A stretch of 64,000 bases of DNA from Octopus vulgaris (Eukaryota), in the NCBI GenBank assembly GCA_951406725.2, contig OX597824.1, forward strand, positions 46,810,001 through 46,874,000, written 5' to 3'. Position numbers and translations under genes: made by a program. The notes beneath the pieces were generated by a model that searched no databases, was not told the DNA's origin, and saw only the letters and a program-made list of their open reading frames with translations. Shown one piece after another: positions 1 to 12,250 of this stretch. Each line of letters starts with the position of its first letter. Position 1 is the stretch's first letter.

Positions 1-79
1 AAGAAACATCCTAAGACGGGAGGACAGAGGAAAAAAAATTGCAGGTAGTCTACACGAGGTCATATCTATCTGTCCATCG

Positions 80-160
<81 letters not shown>

Positions 161-304
161 TCTATTTGTCTATCCATCTATCTCTTTAATGTATGTGTGT
201 GTTTGTACATATATACTTATGATTGATTGATTGATTCTAGTTTCAGCCCATGAGCTGTGGCCATGCTGGGGCACCGCCATTTATATGTACATAAATATAT
301 GTAC

Positions 305-335
<31 letters not shown>

Positions 336-374
336 TGTATGTATGTATGTATGTATGTATGTATATGCATATGT

Positions 375-672
375 ATAACAGGGTAAGAAGCTTGCTTCCC
401 AACTACATGGATCTGGATTCAGTCTCACTGCATGGCAACATTGAGTGTCTTCTACGATAGCTTCGAGCCGACCAAAGCTTTGTGAATGGATTTGATAGAT
501 GGAAACGGATATATGTATATATTCATATACCTATGTGTGTGTGTCTTTGTGTCTGTATTTGTCCCCCACCCCTCCCCCACCGCTTGGCAACCGATCTTAG
601 TGTATTTACGTTCTCGTAACTTAGCAGTTCGGCAAAAAGGACCGATAAAATAAGAACAAAGTTTTAAAAAAT

Positions 673-680
<8 letters not shown>
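375..680 (+). mobile_element. tRNA-derived SINE, family A (CORE-like CCTTGGGCAAG-type box, internal (TA)/(GT) microsatellite)
   Basis: Shares GGTAAGAAGCTTGCTTCCCAAC..CATGG..GTTCAGTC.CACTGC head and GTTTACGT..CGTAACTTAGC.GTTCGGCAAAA body with many other copies in the window. Boundaries approximate. Confidence 0.75.
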
Positions 681-720
<40 letters not shown>

Positions 721-962
721 TGTTGAAGTGACAATGGCTTGGGGAGGCAATAAGGAGAGGACGCCCTAAAGAGCGAGTTTAAAATATTTAGGATTATATA
801 AGTGGATCAGAAGAAGTACAAGTGTGTCAGAGTCGCGTTTATTAAAGCAATGTTATAGGATTGTTGTTGTATGCAGATGCCGTATCTGTTAGACATTGAA
901 CTTTGGAAAAAAATTTTTTTACAGATTGGAGTTAGAAGCAGAAATATACTCCCTCGTGCTTA

Positions 963-1026
963 TAGACATATCTATGAAACCAAAGCAAAGAGAATAGACA
1001 TATCTATGAAACCAAAGCTAAGAGTA
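963..1026. repeat. 32-bp tandem duplication
   Basis: TAGACATATCTATGAAACCAAAGC(A/T)AAGAG occurs twice, adjacent. Confidence 0.85.
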
Positions 1027-2039
1027 AAGAAAAGATGTTAAATCAATAAATGAAGCAAAATATCTTCTGCATAATTTGAGTAAATTTAGCTGCAATCAAG
1101 TTTGTCGTGGTTGTTATATGTTCAAAGCTGAAAAACAGAGAGCTACAGCGAGGGGAAAAAAGATAGGAATTTCTTGGTAGCATGAAGTAAAAAAAAAAAA
1201 AGAGAAAATAACAAAGAAAGGTTTGAAAGCCGAAAAGAAGGGAAAAAGAATAAGGAAAAAATTAATATAGGAATAAAGTATGAAATATATAAAAGTAATG
1301 AAACAGTTAGGTTTGTATACAAATCAGAGGTTTTTGTAGTGCAATTAAGATATTTTTTTGTTGAGAGTATGCTAGCTTAAGCAATAACGTACAAAGTTAA
1401 TAATTTCATTGATAGAAAAGATGTGTATAACATTTATAAAGTATATACAAACGTGGAACGGCACTAGCTGTAAGATCTCTAGATTGGAGCAAGCATTTTT
1501 CGGTTTGGGTCAGAACGTTCGGTGAAGAGCATAGGTCAGATCGAAACATCGTGTGTGGTGACCCACAAATCCTGTGCTTGTAACATACAAGTATCGTTGT
1601 GAAGTTTCTCTGCAGCAAAATATTATAGCTTGTGCATTTCCACGGTTTGTATAGCACCATAAATATTATACACATGGATATTTTATACAGGTGCGGTTTC
1701 AAAAGCAAATATCAATTTGATATTCAGACATAAAGGATGTGAGGGTGCATGTCCTAGTGATTAGGGATGTACAGCTCACGATTATTATGTCGTGGTTCAG
1801 ATTCATGGAGCGGGCGGCCAGCTTTCTCTTTGAGCAAAGCACCTTATTCCATGTTGCTCAAATCTACTTAGCTGAAAATGAGTACTAGCCTAGTGCTGAT
1901 GCCGTTCTCTCTGCCTCCTTTTGTCGCATTCTGAATGTGCCACCTGATCAAAAGATGGGACGACGGTTGAGATGGTGGCTATAATTGCTCGCGAACGAAA
2001 GCTTAGTACATGTCACAATGCCATACTGGTTCACGGAAG

Positions 2040-2215
2040 GGGTTGGCTTGCGTGGATGTATGGAAAGAAGCTTGCTTTTCAACCACATGGTTCCGGGTTC
2101 AGTCCCACTGCGTGGCACCTTGGGCAAGTATCTTTTATTGTAACCTCGGGCTAACCAAAGTATTGAGTAGATTTGGTAGACGGCAACTGAAAAAAGCACG
2201 TCGTATATATATATG

Positions 2216-2263
<48 letters not shown>

Positions 2264-2490
2264 CGTGTGTATGCACGTGTGTGTGCATGTGTGTGTCTTT
2301 GTGTCTGTATTTGTTACCTACCGTCGCTTTACAACCGGTGTTGTATGTTTACGTCCCCGTAACTTAGCAATTTGACAAAAGAGACCGTTATAATAAGAAG
2401 CTTTAAAAAATAAGTTCTACTAAAGCCACTCAAGATGATAGCCCAGCATGGCTTCAATCAAATGGCTGAAGCAAGTAGAAGATAAAAGAT
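2040..2490 (+). mobile_element. SINE family A copy
   Basis: CCACATGGTTCCGGGTTCAGTCCCACTGCGTGGCACCTTGGGCAAG head, microsatellite middle, (AAAAGAT)n-like tail. Confidence 0.8.
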
Positions 2491-2858
2491 AATGGATAAA
2501 AGATATAGGAGAAAGAGTCATTTCGTAGCTGAAAATTATCAATATCAAAGAGAGAAAAACCTACCGAAAGGAATAAGTCTTAGAAAATAATGTAAAAATA
2601 TATAATACTATTAGTGAGGAAAAAAGATACAAATGAACTGAAAACTAGCTTCAAGTTTCTTGTTGATTTACTACTGATAAAATGGAAGTATTGTGTATAG
2701 GTATCAAATTTGAGAAAATTCTTAGGAAGGGTAAGGGCATAAAATGTCACCAATATTGAGGAAGTTGGTATTCGCCAGTTTGCGAGTTACTGCTCCAGAT
2801 AGAGATGATAGCTATACATACATATATACATACATACATACATACATACATACATACA

Positions 2859-2894
<36 letters not shown>

Positions 2895-2998
2895 TACATA
2901 CATACATACATATATTCATATATATATATACACATACATACATATATTCATATATATACATACATACATATATTCATATATATACATACATACATATA

Positions 2999-3034
<36 letters not shown>

Positions 3035-3143
3035 GATATGATTGATTGATTGATTGATTGATTCTAGTTTCAGCTTATGAGCTGTGGCCATGCTGGGGCA
3101 CCGATTCATATATATATACACATAGATATATATATTCATATAT

Positions 3144-3932
3144 ATTATATATAAGGGCTTAGTAAAATAAATTACTTTGCCACATACTGAACTCATTAGA
3201 AATAGCAGCTAAAGAAATTTCTTCAGCTATTTCTAATACTTAAAGAAGATCTCTCTCAGATAGTGTTTGCCTAAACCAACTCACAAAGGTATGGGGGAAA
3301 AAACATTAAAAAATCAAGTGCAAAGGTTATTTGAGAACGTACGTTTCTAGATTAGTCAATTCGACATTTCTTTCGTCAGCTCAGAATTCCTTGAATCGGA
3401 TTTGGGAACACTGAAAGTCGGGAGCATACCCTTTCGGCTTCTCATCACCTCTAGAATTCTGCTCGAACTAAAAGTGCTATCAAATCCGAATATGCAAGCG
3501 AAGAATTTCTGCTCTCCCCTTTCCACCAGCGTGGGTTAAAATTGACAAACACCATGTATTAACGGTGAAAACCGCAGCATTTAACAGAGAGAGATGAATT
3601 ATAATTTCAACAATTGAGGGTAAAATTAATTAATTATTAATCAATTTCACCAAGTATTCAGTATGTAAAGGGACCATTTTAGGCGAATTCAAAATATTAC
3701 ATTATATATAAGGGCTTAGTAAAATAAATTACTTTGCCACATACTGAACTCATTAGAAATAGCAGCTAAAGAAATTTCTTCAGCTATTTCTAATACTTAA
3801 AGAAGATCTCTCTCAGATAGTGTTTGCCTAAACCAACTCACAAAGGTATGGGGGAAAAAACATTAAAAAATCAAGTGCAAAGGTTATTTGAGAACGTACG
3901 TTTCTAGATTAGTCAATTCGACATTTCTTTCG
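3144..3932 (-). mobile_element. Partial tandem element (557-bp period, 232-bp direct repeats) carrying a hammerhead motif; Penelope pLTR / retrozyme-like
   Basis: 3144-3375 and 3701-3932 read as identical. A hammerhead motif overlaps the repeat end on the minus strand. Confidence 0.7.
3332..3383 (-). ncRNA. Type I hammerhead ribozyme-like motif (HHR-1)
   Basis: Minus strand: TGAG-CTGACGA-aAGAaatGTCgaattGACtaaTCTa-GAAAC-GTAC-GTT-CTCA. Stem I TGAG/CTCA, palindromic stem III, GUU triplet. First stem II pair is an A.A mismatch. Confidence 0.6.
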
Positions 3933-4454
3933 GTAGCTTGCTAACCAGCCACATGGTTCCGGGTTCAGTCCCACTGCGTGGCATCTTGGGCAAGTGTCTT
4001 CTTCTATAGCCCTGGGCCGGCCAATGCCTTGTGAGTGGATTTGGTAGACGGAAACTGAATGAAGCCTGTCGTATATGATGTTGGCATCACCTTTAAGGTA
4101 CATCCAAGGCTTGGGCCCCGTGCCATCCGCCCAAAACAAAAATCGCACTCTCATCTCATAACAACAATACGGCACAATTATTTCACCTCAATTGGCCCCG
4201 CTCTCTCTAACATTACACCAAAACACATTAAAACAGAAACTGACCCTATAGGGTTCAAGAAGTCTTTGGACAGATTCCTTCAAGAAATCCCGGATAAACC
4301 CCCTACACCCGGATATGTCTCTGTAAACAATAACTCTCTACTTGAGTGGGCCATAGTGCCCAAATTCTGACTTGAAAGACTTCACCAGGTGGTGCTATTA
4401 AGTTAGACATGGCCTGGGCCAATAATGGCCGAAACCTATCAAAGTATCAAAGTA

Positions 4455-4548
<94 letters not shown>

Positions 4549-4720
4549 TTTGTGTGTGTGTTTGTCCCCCTAGCATTGCTTGACAACCGATGCTGGTTCG
4601 GCAAAAGAGACCGATAGAATAAGTACTGGGCTTACAAAGAATAAGTCCCGGGGTCGATTTGCTCGACTAAAGGCAGTGCTCCAGCATGGCCGCAGTCAAA
4701 TGACCGAAACAAGTAGAAGA
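3933..4720 (+). mobile_element. SINE family A copy interrupted by a LINE 3' fragment
   Basis: SINE head 3933-4075; the body resumes after about 4455 and ends GCAGTCAAATGACCGAAACAAGTAGAAG. Confidence 0.75.
4078..4455 (+). mobile_element. CR1/Jockey-group LINE 3' end fragment
   Basis: ORF tail ...FKKSLDRFLQEIPDKPPTPGY...NSLLEW, then a 3' stem-loop and a short (AAAGTATC)n tail. Confidence 0.65.
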
Positions 4721-4752
4721 GTATATACATACATATATATATATTCATATAT

Positions 4753-4786
<34 letters not shown>

Positions 4787-4927
4787 GTTCATATATATAC
4801 ATACATACATATATATATATTCATATATATACATACATACATATATATATATATATTCATATATATACATACATATATATATATTCATATATATACATAC
4901 ATGTATATATATACATACATGTATATA

Positions 4928-4982
<55 letters not shown>

Positions 4983-5331
4983 GAGATAGGGGTTGTAAAT
5001 TCAACCCTCCATGGGATAACATATATCCAATATACTGCTAGAGAAGTACCCAACAAAGCTAATACATAAATGTTAAAAATTGCGATGCAATTAATTCATT
5101 TACTGTATTAGGTGGGCAAAGGTAAAATTATTTTTACCGTAAATTAATAATACAAAATGAGGAAATGGAGAAATATATCTAAATCAATCATCAACTATCA
5201 GATAATACCGAATCAATACTTTATTAAAACACTACACAATAGCAATGATATTATACATTAATATAGTACAATAATTACAATCAATATGGTGAAATATAAC
5301 TAAATAAATATAACAAGACATAGAAATACAT

Positions 5332-5463
5332 TTACATTGTAGCTGACAGCTGTTTCGGCCATGAAGACAGGTATGTCTCATTTAACCTATTAGCCATATA
5401 ATGCAGGTATAAATGAGATATTAACAAGAATATCTTATGGCCTCTTCAGAGATTTTAATGCAA
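5332..5463 (-). ncRNA. Type I hammerhead ribozyme with extended stem II (HHR-2)
   Basis: Minus strand: TTGCATT-aaaat-CT-CTGAAGA-GGCCAT...ATGGCC-GAAAC-AGCT-GTC-AG-ctac-AATGTAA. Canonical core, GUC triplet, palindromic stem III, stem I with an internal loop. Confidence 0.8.
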
Positions 5464-7689
5464 GTATGAGTACAAATCCTAAATAATTTACATATAAATA
5501 TAAATATGAGTGCATACATACTCATATTCTTACATATATATATATACACAATAATACAATATAAACAATATAGATCAATATACATCAACAAACACAATAA
5601 TGTTCCATATTGAACTCCACAGTTTAATATATGAACTGTTTAATATATATGCCTGCATTGAGTGTGAGTGTGTCTGTTGTGGTTTCTTGATGTTGGTTGA
5701 GGAGCTAAATAGATAAGTTGAGTCAGTTATGTTTATTCCTGTGATTAGAGATTTTCATTAATGACTTCGGGGAGTAGAGAAATGAGAGTAGCGATTGTAA
5801 TTAGGAGAAAATGTATAAAACCCAGCTCATTTTGTCCTCCACTACTATTTATCACCCTCCAGGGAAGGATATTTATCTCAAACACTCTTCTGACTCATTT
5901 TTTATATTATTCTTAATTAGAGATATTTGACAACAGATAAATCTTTCAAAGAAAAAAATCTCGCATATATTGCCAGTAACTAGACGAACTGAAACACTTA
6001 GAGTTTGGCTGACTTCTCAGAAAGAGAAATGAATCAGTGACAAGGAATTGGAACACCCACCTATTAGAAAGCTAATAACATATCCTCCACTGTTTCACCT
6101 TCTTTACACTCTAACTACATATCTTTTCATCGTTCTCGCAGGCCTGTTTCTTTGTAAGACTATGTGATTACAAAAGAAAAGAAAAAGAAAAAATAGAGAC
6201 CGCTCGGAAAACCGGCTTAGATTCCACTACTATTGTCCAGCAAATCATTCATTCAATAAACTGGCTTAACGTAAATCTGCGTAAAAATCTTCGTGAAAAG
6301 ACCATTCTACTGAAATGACGGAAGTTGCTTTGTCGTTATCTGCGCCTGTTATCGAGTTCTCAAGAAATGTCCTTGGAGTAGTTTACTTTGTACCCTTCAT
6401 ATAGGCCTGTTGGTATATTTGTAAATACCAGCTATTGTCTGATTCACTCAATATGAGGTTGAGCATTTTGAAAAAGAACAAATAATTCTAATTTTAGAGT
6501 CAGATACATAACCAAGCTATATTGAGAATTACAAATAAATGCCATCCAATGCAAGGACTTAGATTTAACACAATGGTTATAGTATAAAACTTAGTCTTGT
6601 TTCGATGAAATAAAAGATTCTAAAAATAAAATTGCTATTTTCATTTCTATTCAACAGATTTAGGCTACTGTGACCTTCAGTTTTCAGCCGGCACAAACTA
6701 TCTTCATACCGTTTGGTAAAATAATGCGAAAATTTTCACTTCCATTCAAAGCATTCTGCACACGCACCGATACCCTATCGAAACTCCTTTCTCTTAAACT
6801 TTATCTTCCATGTTTAAGTGTTCCAAGTGTTAGGAATCTTATTCAACAAATATCATTGCTCGGAAGCCGAACTATTTAGATATTCCGACATTAATGTAAA
6901 TAATATAATTATTTTATATTCCTATCAAACACTTTATTGCGGAGAAAAAGTCTTTTAATGAAAAATAGAGTAACAGAAGAGAGAAAACAACCTTTATTGT
7001 ACTTCTACTGTTCATGTTCTCCGAAATTTTTCCACTGTTTGCAAAGTAGGGTGAACATGGAGGTAGTGAGGATCTTGTTGCGCGATATATCACAACACAA
7101 CCTCCACATGTGCTGTAACGTAATTTGTTACGCACAATAAATAAGATTACCAGACAACAGTAACAACATTGTAACGAAATAACAAATCTCTTTACGAACT
7201 AACAATCAATATTCCTTGTGAACTAACCAACCGACACCTTCCGACTTCACTGCAAACTAACACGAACTTCACTCAACCCTGGACTCACTCAGATCGTTAC
7301 TATTTATACTTTATCGAACCAGTCTATCTCTCGCAAAGGAGTGTTGTAACTCTCATTACAACATGTCATTTATCATGTACACCTCAACTTTTCAGCTTCA
7401 AGTGACTCATTTAAATATTTCAGTATTGAAAACTTATTTTAGTCTGTGCAAATCCGAATTGTTTTTCACCTCCATCAAGTATTTCGTGAACATGCAGGAC
7501 AGAATTCTGTATTTTAGGCCTCGGGCGGTATCCATTATTTCTTTCAGTATTTCTTGTCGAATTTCATTTGCTTTGCTCAACATTGATTAAGTATGACGGG
7601 CTGTGGATTTTGTATGACTGAAAAATCAATTTTGTATATTCTTATGAATTTGTATAACCGATAAAATTGATTACAGTATATTTTTTTCT

Positions 7690-8050
7690 ATTGTAGGCAC
7701 AAATAAAAGGCAAAGTTGACCTCGTCGGGATTTAAACTCAGAATAAAAAGAGCTGGAAAAAAGACCGCTAATCACTTTGTACGGTGTGCTAACGATTGTG
7801 TCAGCTCACCACCTTTGATAGTAGTATAATGTTGGTTTCAAATTTTGGCACAAGTCCAGCGATTTCGGAGGAGAAGGAAAGTCGATCACATCGATCTTAG
7901 TACTCAACTGGTACTTATTTTATCGCCCTCGAAAGAATGAAAGGTAAAGTCGACCTTGGTAGAATTTGAACTCAGAACGTAAAGTCGAAAGAAATGCCGC
8001 TAAGTATTTTTCCGGCGTGCTAACTAACGATTCTGCCGGCTCGCTGCCTA
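7690..8050 (-). mobile_element. Two adjacent SINE family B copies
   Basis: Reverse complement of the GGCAGAATCGTTAGCAC...CTGAGTTCAAATTC..GTCGACTTTGCCTTTCATC family, present twice. Confidence 0.75.
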
Positions 8051-8652
8051 ATAACAATATAATATTGATATCGTTTGTTGAAGACTGTTAGCTGATATTT
8101 CTGAAGAAAGTTGGCTTTTATGTTTGAACCAGATACCGTGACGAGTCTAGTCCTGCCTTTTACTTCTGTCTCCTCTTTACTTCTAAGTAACCCCTAGAGT
8201 GACAGACAAAATCTTAACAGTATTCAATTTTTTTCAACCTTTCTATGTTTAAATTCTCCTGGGATATACACTTAGATTGTCATTAATCTGTAGTCGACCG
8301 AATTGGTACAAGGTATTTGAGTAGAATAGTCGAATGACAAAAACTGTAAGCAATAGAACTGTCCCCACAACCATGAAATGTTCTGCGTTTAAATCCTATT
8401 CTTTCGACTTTATCAGGTCGTTATCTCCTCAGTAGATTTTAAAAACGAAGTAACAAGTTTGCTTTATACTTATTTGACTATACATCGTCCCTTAAAAAAT
8501 TCTTTAAAAATTGTTTCATATTAGAAAATATACAAAATCAATTGCCTTTGCTTTCATTTTTTTTTCTGCCTTGCTATATATATTTCTCTCTTTCCTTCCG
8601 ACATCTCAACCTGCTATTCCCCTCCCTTAATCCTATACAGTGATTTAGAACC

Positions 8653-8699
<47 letters not shown>

Positions 8700-8884
8700 C
8701 GTCAATAGCAAATTTCTCTGTATATAAAGTCTGCATTAAACATTTTCTCTGCTCTAAAGACGAACATCTGATTTTTCTGACAGCAACGATAACAGGAAAG
8801 GAAACAACCGACTAGTAAAAAGGATCAACACACGCGCGCGCGCATATATATATACTTTATATATAAAGCAGCAAAGACATCACA

Positions 8885-8930
8885 AAAACTGTTACTCAGA
8901 GTTTCACGTTCCCGTTCGTCGGATAGTTCT
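8885..8930 (-). ncRNA. Type I hammerhead ribozyme-like motif, U4C core variant (HHR-3)
   Basis: Minus strand: AGAACTAT-CCGACGA-ACG-ggaa-CGT-GAAAC-T-ctg-A-GTA-ACAGTTTT. All three stems can form; GUA triplet. Confidence 0.65.
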
Positions 8931-8938
8931 GGTTTAGA

Positions 8939-9066
<128 letters not shown>

Positions 9067-9199
9067 AATTGAGGGGATAAGCAAATTAGACACATCAATA
9101 TATAAAATATATTAAATACATAAAATACAAAATATGGTGCTCCAGCGTTGCCACAGTCAAATGACTGAAACAAATAAAAGAATATGTATACATATAAAC

Positions 9200-10640
9200 A
9201 GGTCCAACTTACACTGAGTAGTTAAGTGTCGTTCTCTTTTAATGCCTTTTACTGAACAGACCTGTTTTCTGCTGCTCTCGTTTAATTGTGGTTTTCCCTT
9301 TTGGGATTACCGTTGTTTTTTGAACTGTTATCCAATTTTGTCTGTTTTCTGTGTCTTTTGGACACATTGCCTGCTTTTGCAGGTTCGATTTTGTGAGAAT
9401 TCCCCCTGTCTAGGGACGAATTTTTTTCCTTTGAGGAAATATTTTTTACGCAATCAGTACAAGGAAGTTGACGTCTCTCAATATGTAATTCTCGACTACT
9501 AATTGGAGGAATTGTGCAAACAAATGTTACTTTCCCACCAATTTTGCCAAACGAAGGAAGAGAAAAACATACCAGAGAATGATAAAACCGACTTCTGTAT
9601 TGAAACACAGAATGGTAATGGAAAAATAAACTACGCGTCCGTGGCCGGCATCACTAGCAAAACAGTGCAAACTTATTGCGGAGGGAAGGAGCGAACATGA
9701 AGCTGACTCCCCCAGAAGAAGTAATGTACAACACAAAACGCAAAACAATAGTTTACAGAATGCTGTCCCTGGCAACAAAAAGGATAGAGATAGCATCTAC
9801 AGATGGCATTGAAAAGTGGCTACTACCAATTTGGCGCAACATAAAATACCTAAATAGAGTAAGGCGTTTCGGCTCAGTCGCGGTGAGATTCGCTTCCGAA
9901 GAGGAAGTAAAGGGACCCTCTACGTCTCCCTTAAAGTCGGCAGATCAGATGTTACTACCGACTTACCACGGAAAGCGAACATCGAAAATAAGGATAGGGG
10001 AGGTCCCATAAGAGATCAATGCGGTGTGGCTTGTGGCAGCTGTACTGCTGAACTTGAGGGATAGAGCCATTATCCTTCAGGCCACCAGGCTACACCAGCA
10101 GAACTGTTGGGGCCAAGGTCTGGAGCTAATAATCCAGGCCACCCAGAGCAAATAATACTGCCGAACGAGACTAGACTAAGAGTCATGGTGGAAGGAAGAA
10201 GTCCAAGGTGCTTTCAATGTGGGCAAAAGGGCCAATTAAAAACCACGTGCCCACAGATCCTACAACCTCAAGCACCCCTCCACCTATGAACCCACCAGAG
10301 TCTGACGACCCGAAAGAAAACAAGGAGGAGCCAACCAGCACCACGGTGGAACCGCCCATCAACCCACCACAAACTGACGACTCGAAGGAAGATAGAAGGA
10401 AGTCAATCATCACCATAATAGTACAATCCATCAACCCACCACAGACTGACAATCCGAAAGAAAAAAAGACGTCAACCAACACCACGATGAAACAACCTAT
10501 TAACCCGCCATAAACTGACAACCAAAAAGAAAAAAAGAAGTCGACCAATACCACGATAAAGCAGCCCACATCAAAGGTGCCACGGAGGGATGCGGAGGAC
10601 CTTAAGAGAGATACCCCCAAAGGAACCACCACCAACCTTG
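9200..10640 (+). mobile_element. Tx1/L1-like LINE 5' part with decayed ORF1 (gag-like zinc knuckle)
   Basis: Frameshifted ORFs 9503-10513 include VMVEGRSPRCFQCGQKGQLKTTCP (degenerate CX2CX4HX4C), followed by Pro/Thr-rich repeats. Confidence 0.65.
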
Positions 10641-10654
10641 TTCGAGGAGAGCGA

Positions 10655-10972
10655 CGACAGCTGGTCAGAACGTTGGGCTCACAGTCATAAGGTACTGAGT
10701 TCGATTCTCGGACTGGGCCGTGTATTGCGTTCTTGAAGAAGATACGTTGCTCCAGTTCATTTCTCTGTAGAAATGAGTTGCGCCTTCACTGGTGCCAAGC
10801 TGTATCGGTCTTTGCCTTTCCCTTGGATAACATCAGTGGCGTAGAGTGGGGAGGCTGGTATGCATGAGCATAATATGGTATGCATAATATTGCCCGGACT
10901 TGTGCCTGCGAAGGGAACCATCAAAGTGCAATCCCATGGTCAATCATGACTGAAGGGGGTCTTAACCCTTTT
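10655..10972 (+). mobile_element. tRNA-derived SINE (another family)
   Basis: B-box-like GAGTTCGATTCTC after an A-box-like head, about 320 bp. Confidence 0.5.
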
Positions 10973-11663
10973 AGTAGAACAGACAGAGTGAACAGAACTT
11001 AATGCATGAGTATATGCACGTTATTGTTTTAATCGGTAGAGTGTTTCTGCCAAATAAAAATAATGTCTGTTTCAAATTTTAGTACAAGACCAACAATTTT
11101 AAAGCGTTGAGTGGGCAATTGAATGCATTGACACAAATATTTGACTGGTATTGTACTTTATCGACCTCTAATAGGGTATAGGTGCAGGTGTGGCTGTGTA
11201 GTAAGAAGCTTGTTTTCCAACCACATGGTTCCGGGTTCAGTCACACTGTGAGGCACCTTGAGCAAGTGTCTTCTAATGAGAGGATTTAGTAGTGTGTGAG
11301 TGTGTGTGTGTTGTTTGTTTGGCTGTCTGTATTTATGTGTTAGCGGAAATGTCAATAAAGTAAAGATAATTTATGAGAACAGTATTACTAAGTATATTCT
11401 AATATGTCAATTATTTTATTGAGGCAGCAGCGTTTGTGCGCTTTCATACAGACTGACACAAATGTATATATAAAAGTCTTACAACTTTTTTCGGTTGAAA
11501 TATTCGTAACAGATTTAAAACACTTCAACCGAAAGAACAGGACAGAACAGCTTACCGGCAACTTAGTAGCACTCACCACATCACACACACACATTCATAC
11601 ATACATACATACATACATACATACATACATACACACACATACACACACATTTTGTAGCACTCA

Positions 11664-11702
<39 letters not shown>

Positions 11703-11749
11703 ATGAACAGGGAGAATTTTTTTTCTTTATGCTTTTAACCTTCCAACGC

Positions 11750-12250
11750 GGAGTATAGACCACTTATAGTTGAATTCCATATCGCATAATTTTTGGCTCT
11801 GCTATGAATGTCCCCCTTTCTCTAGTTCCCTTTGTGTTGATCTCCGCCCCGAGTTCTTAGGTCTACCTCTCCTTCTATATCCATCCGGTTTCCACTGTAA
11901 AGCACTTTCCGCTACATTTGGTGTGTCTTTTCTAATTGTGCTACCAATCCACTTCCACTTTTTCTTAAATATTTGCTCCCTAATCGAAACTTCATTTGTT
12001 CTTTTCCATATTGCTTATGTGTTCGGGCCATTTAATTTTAAGTATACTACGCAAGCATCTGTTGATGAATGATTGTATTTGCTTATTTGACTTAACTGTT
12101 GTTCGCCATGTCTCAGTCCCATACAATAACACCGCTTTTACGTTAGTGTTAAAAATTATTATTTTGTTCTTTATTGAAATTACACTTGCGCTCCATACTT
12201 TCTTTAACAGGTGAAAAGCGGTCCTTGCCTTACTTATTCACGTCTTAATA
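11750..12250 (-). mobile_element. RTE-clade LINE 3' fragment
   Basis: Minus strand reads KWKWIGSTIRKDTPNVAESALQWKPDGYRRRGRPK, typical of an RTE ORF C-terminus. Confidence 0.7.

Noticed and set aside
2040-2125. tRNA gene suggested by A/B-box-like motifs
   Set aside because: It is the head of a multi-copy SINE and no cloverleaf is evident.
4410-4440. GGCC-aataat-GGCC-GAAAC resembling half a hammerhead
   Set aside because: No CUGANGA box; explained as the LINE 3' stem-loop.
6938-7362. Possible solo LTR (ends ATTACAACA, minus-strand TATAAATA)
   Set aside because: The left boundary and TSD could not be defined and there is no second copy in the window.
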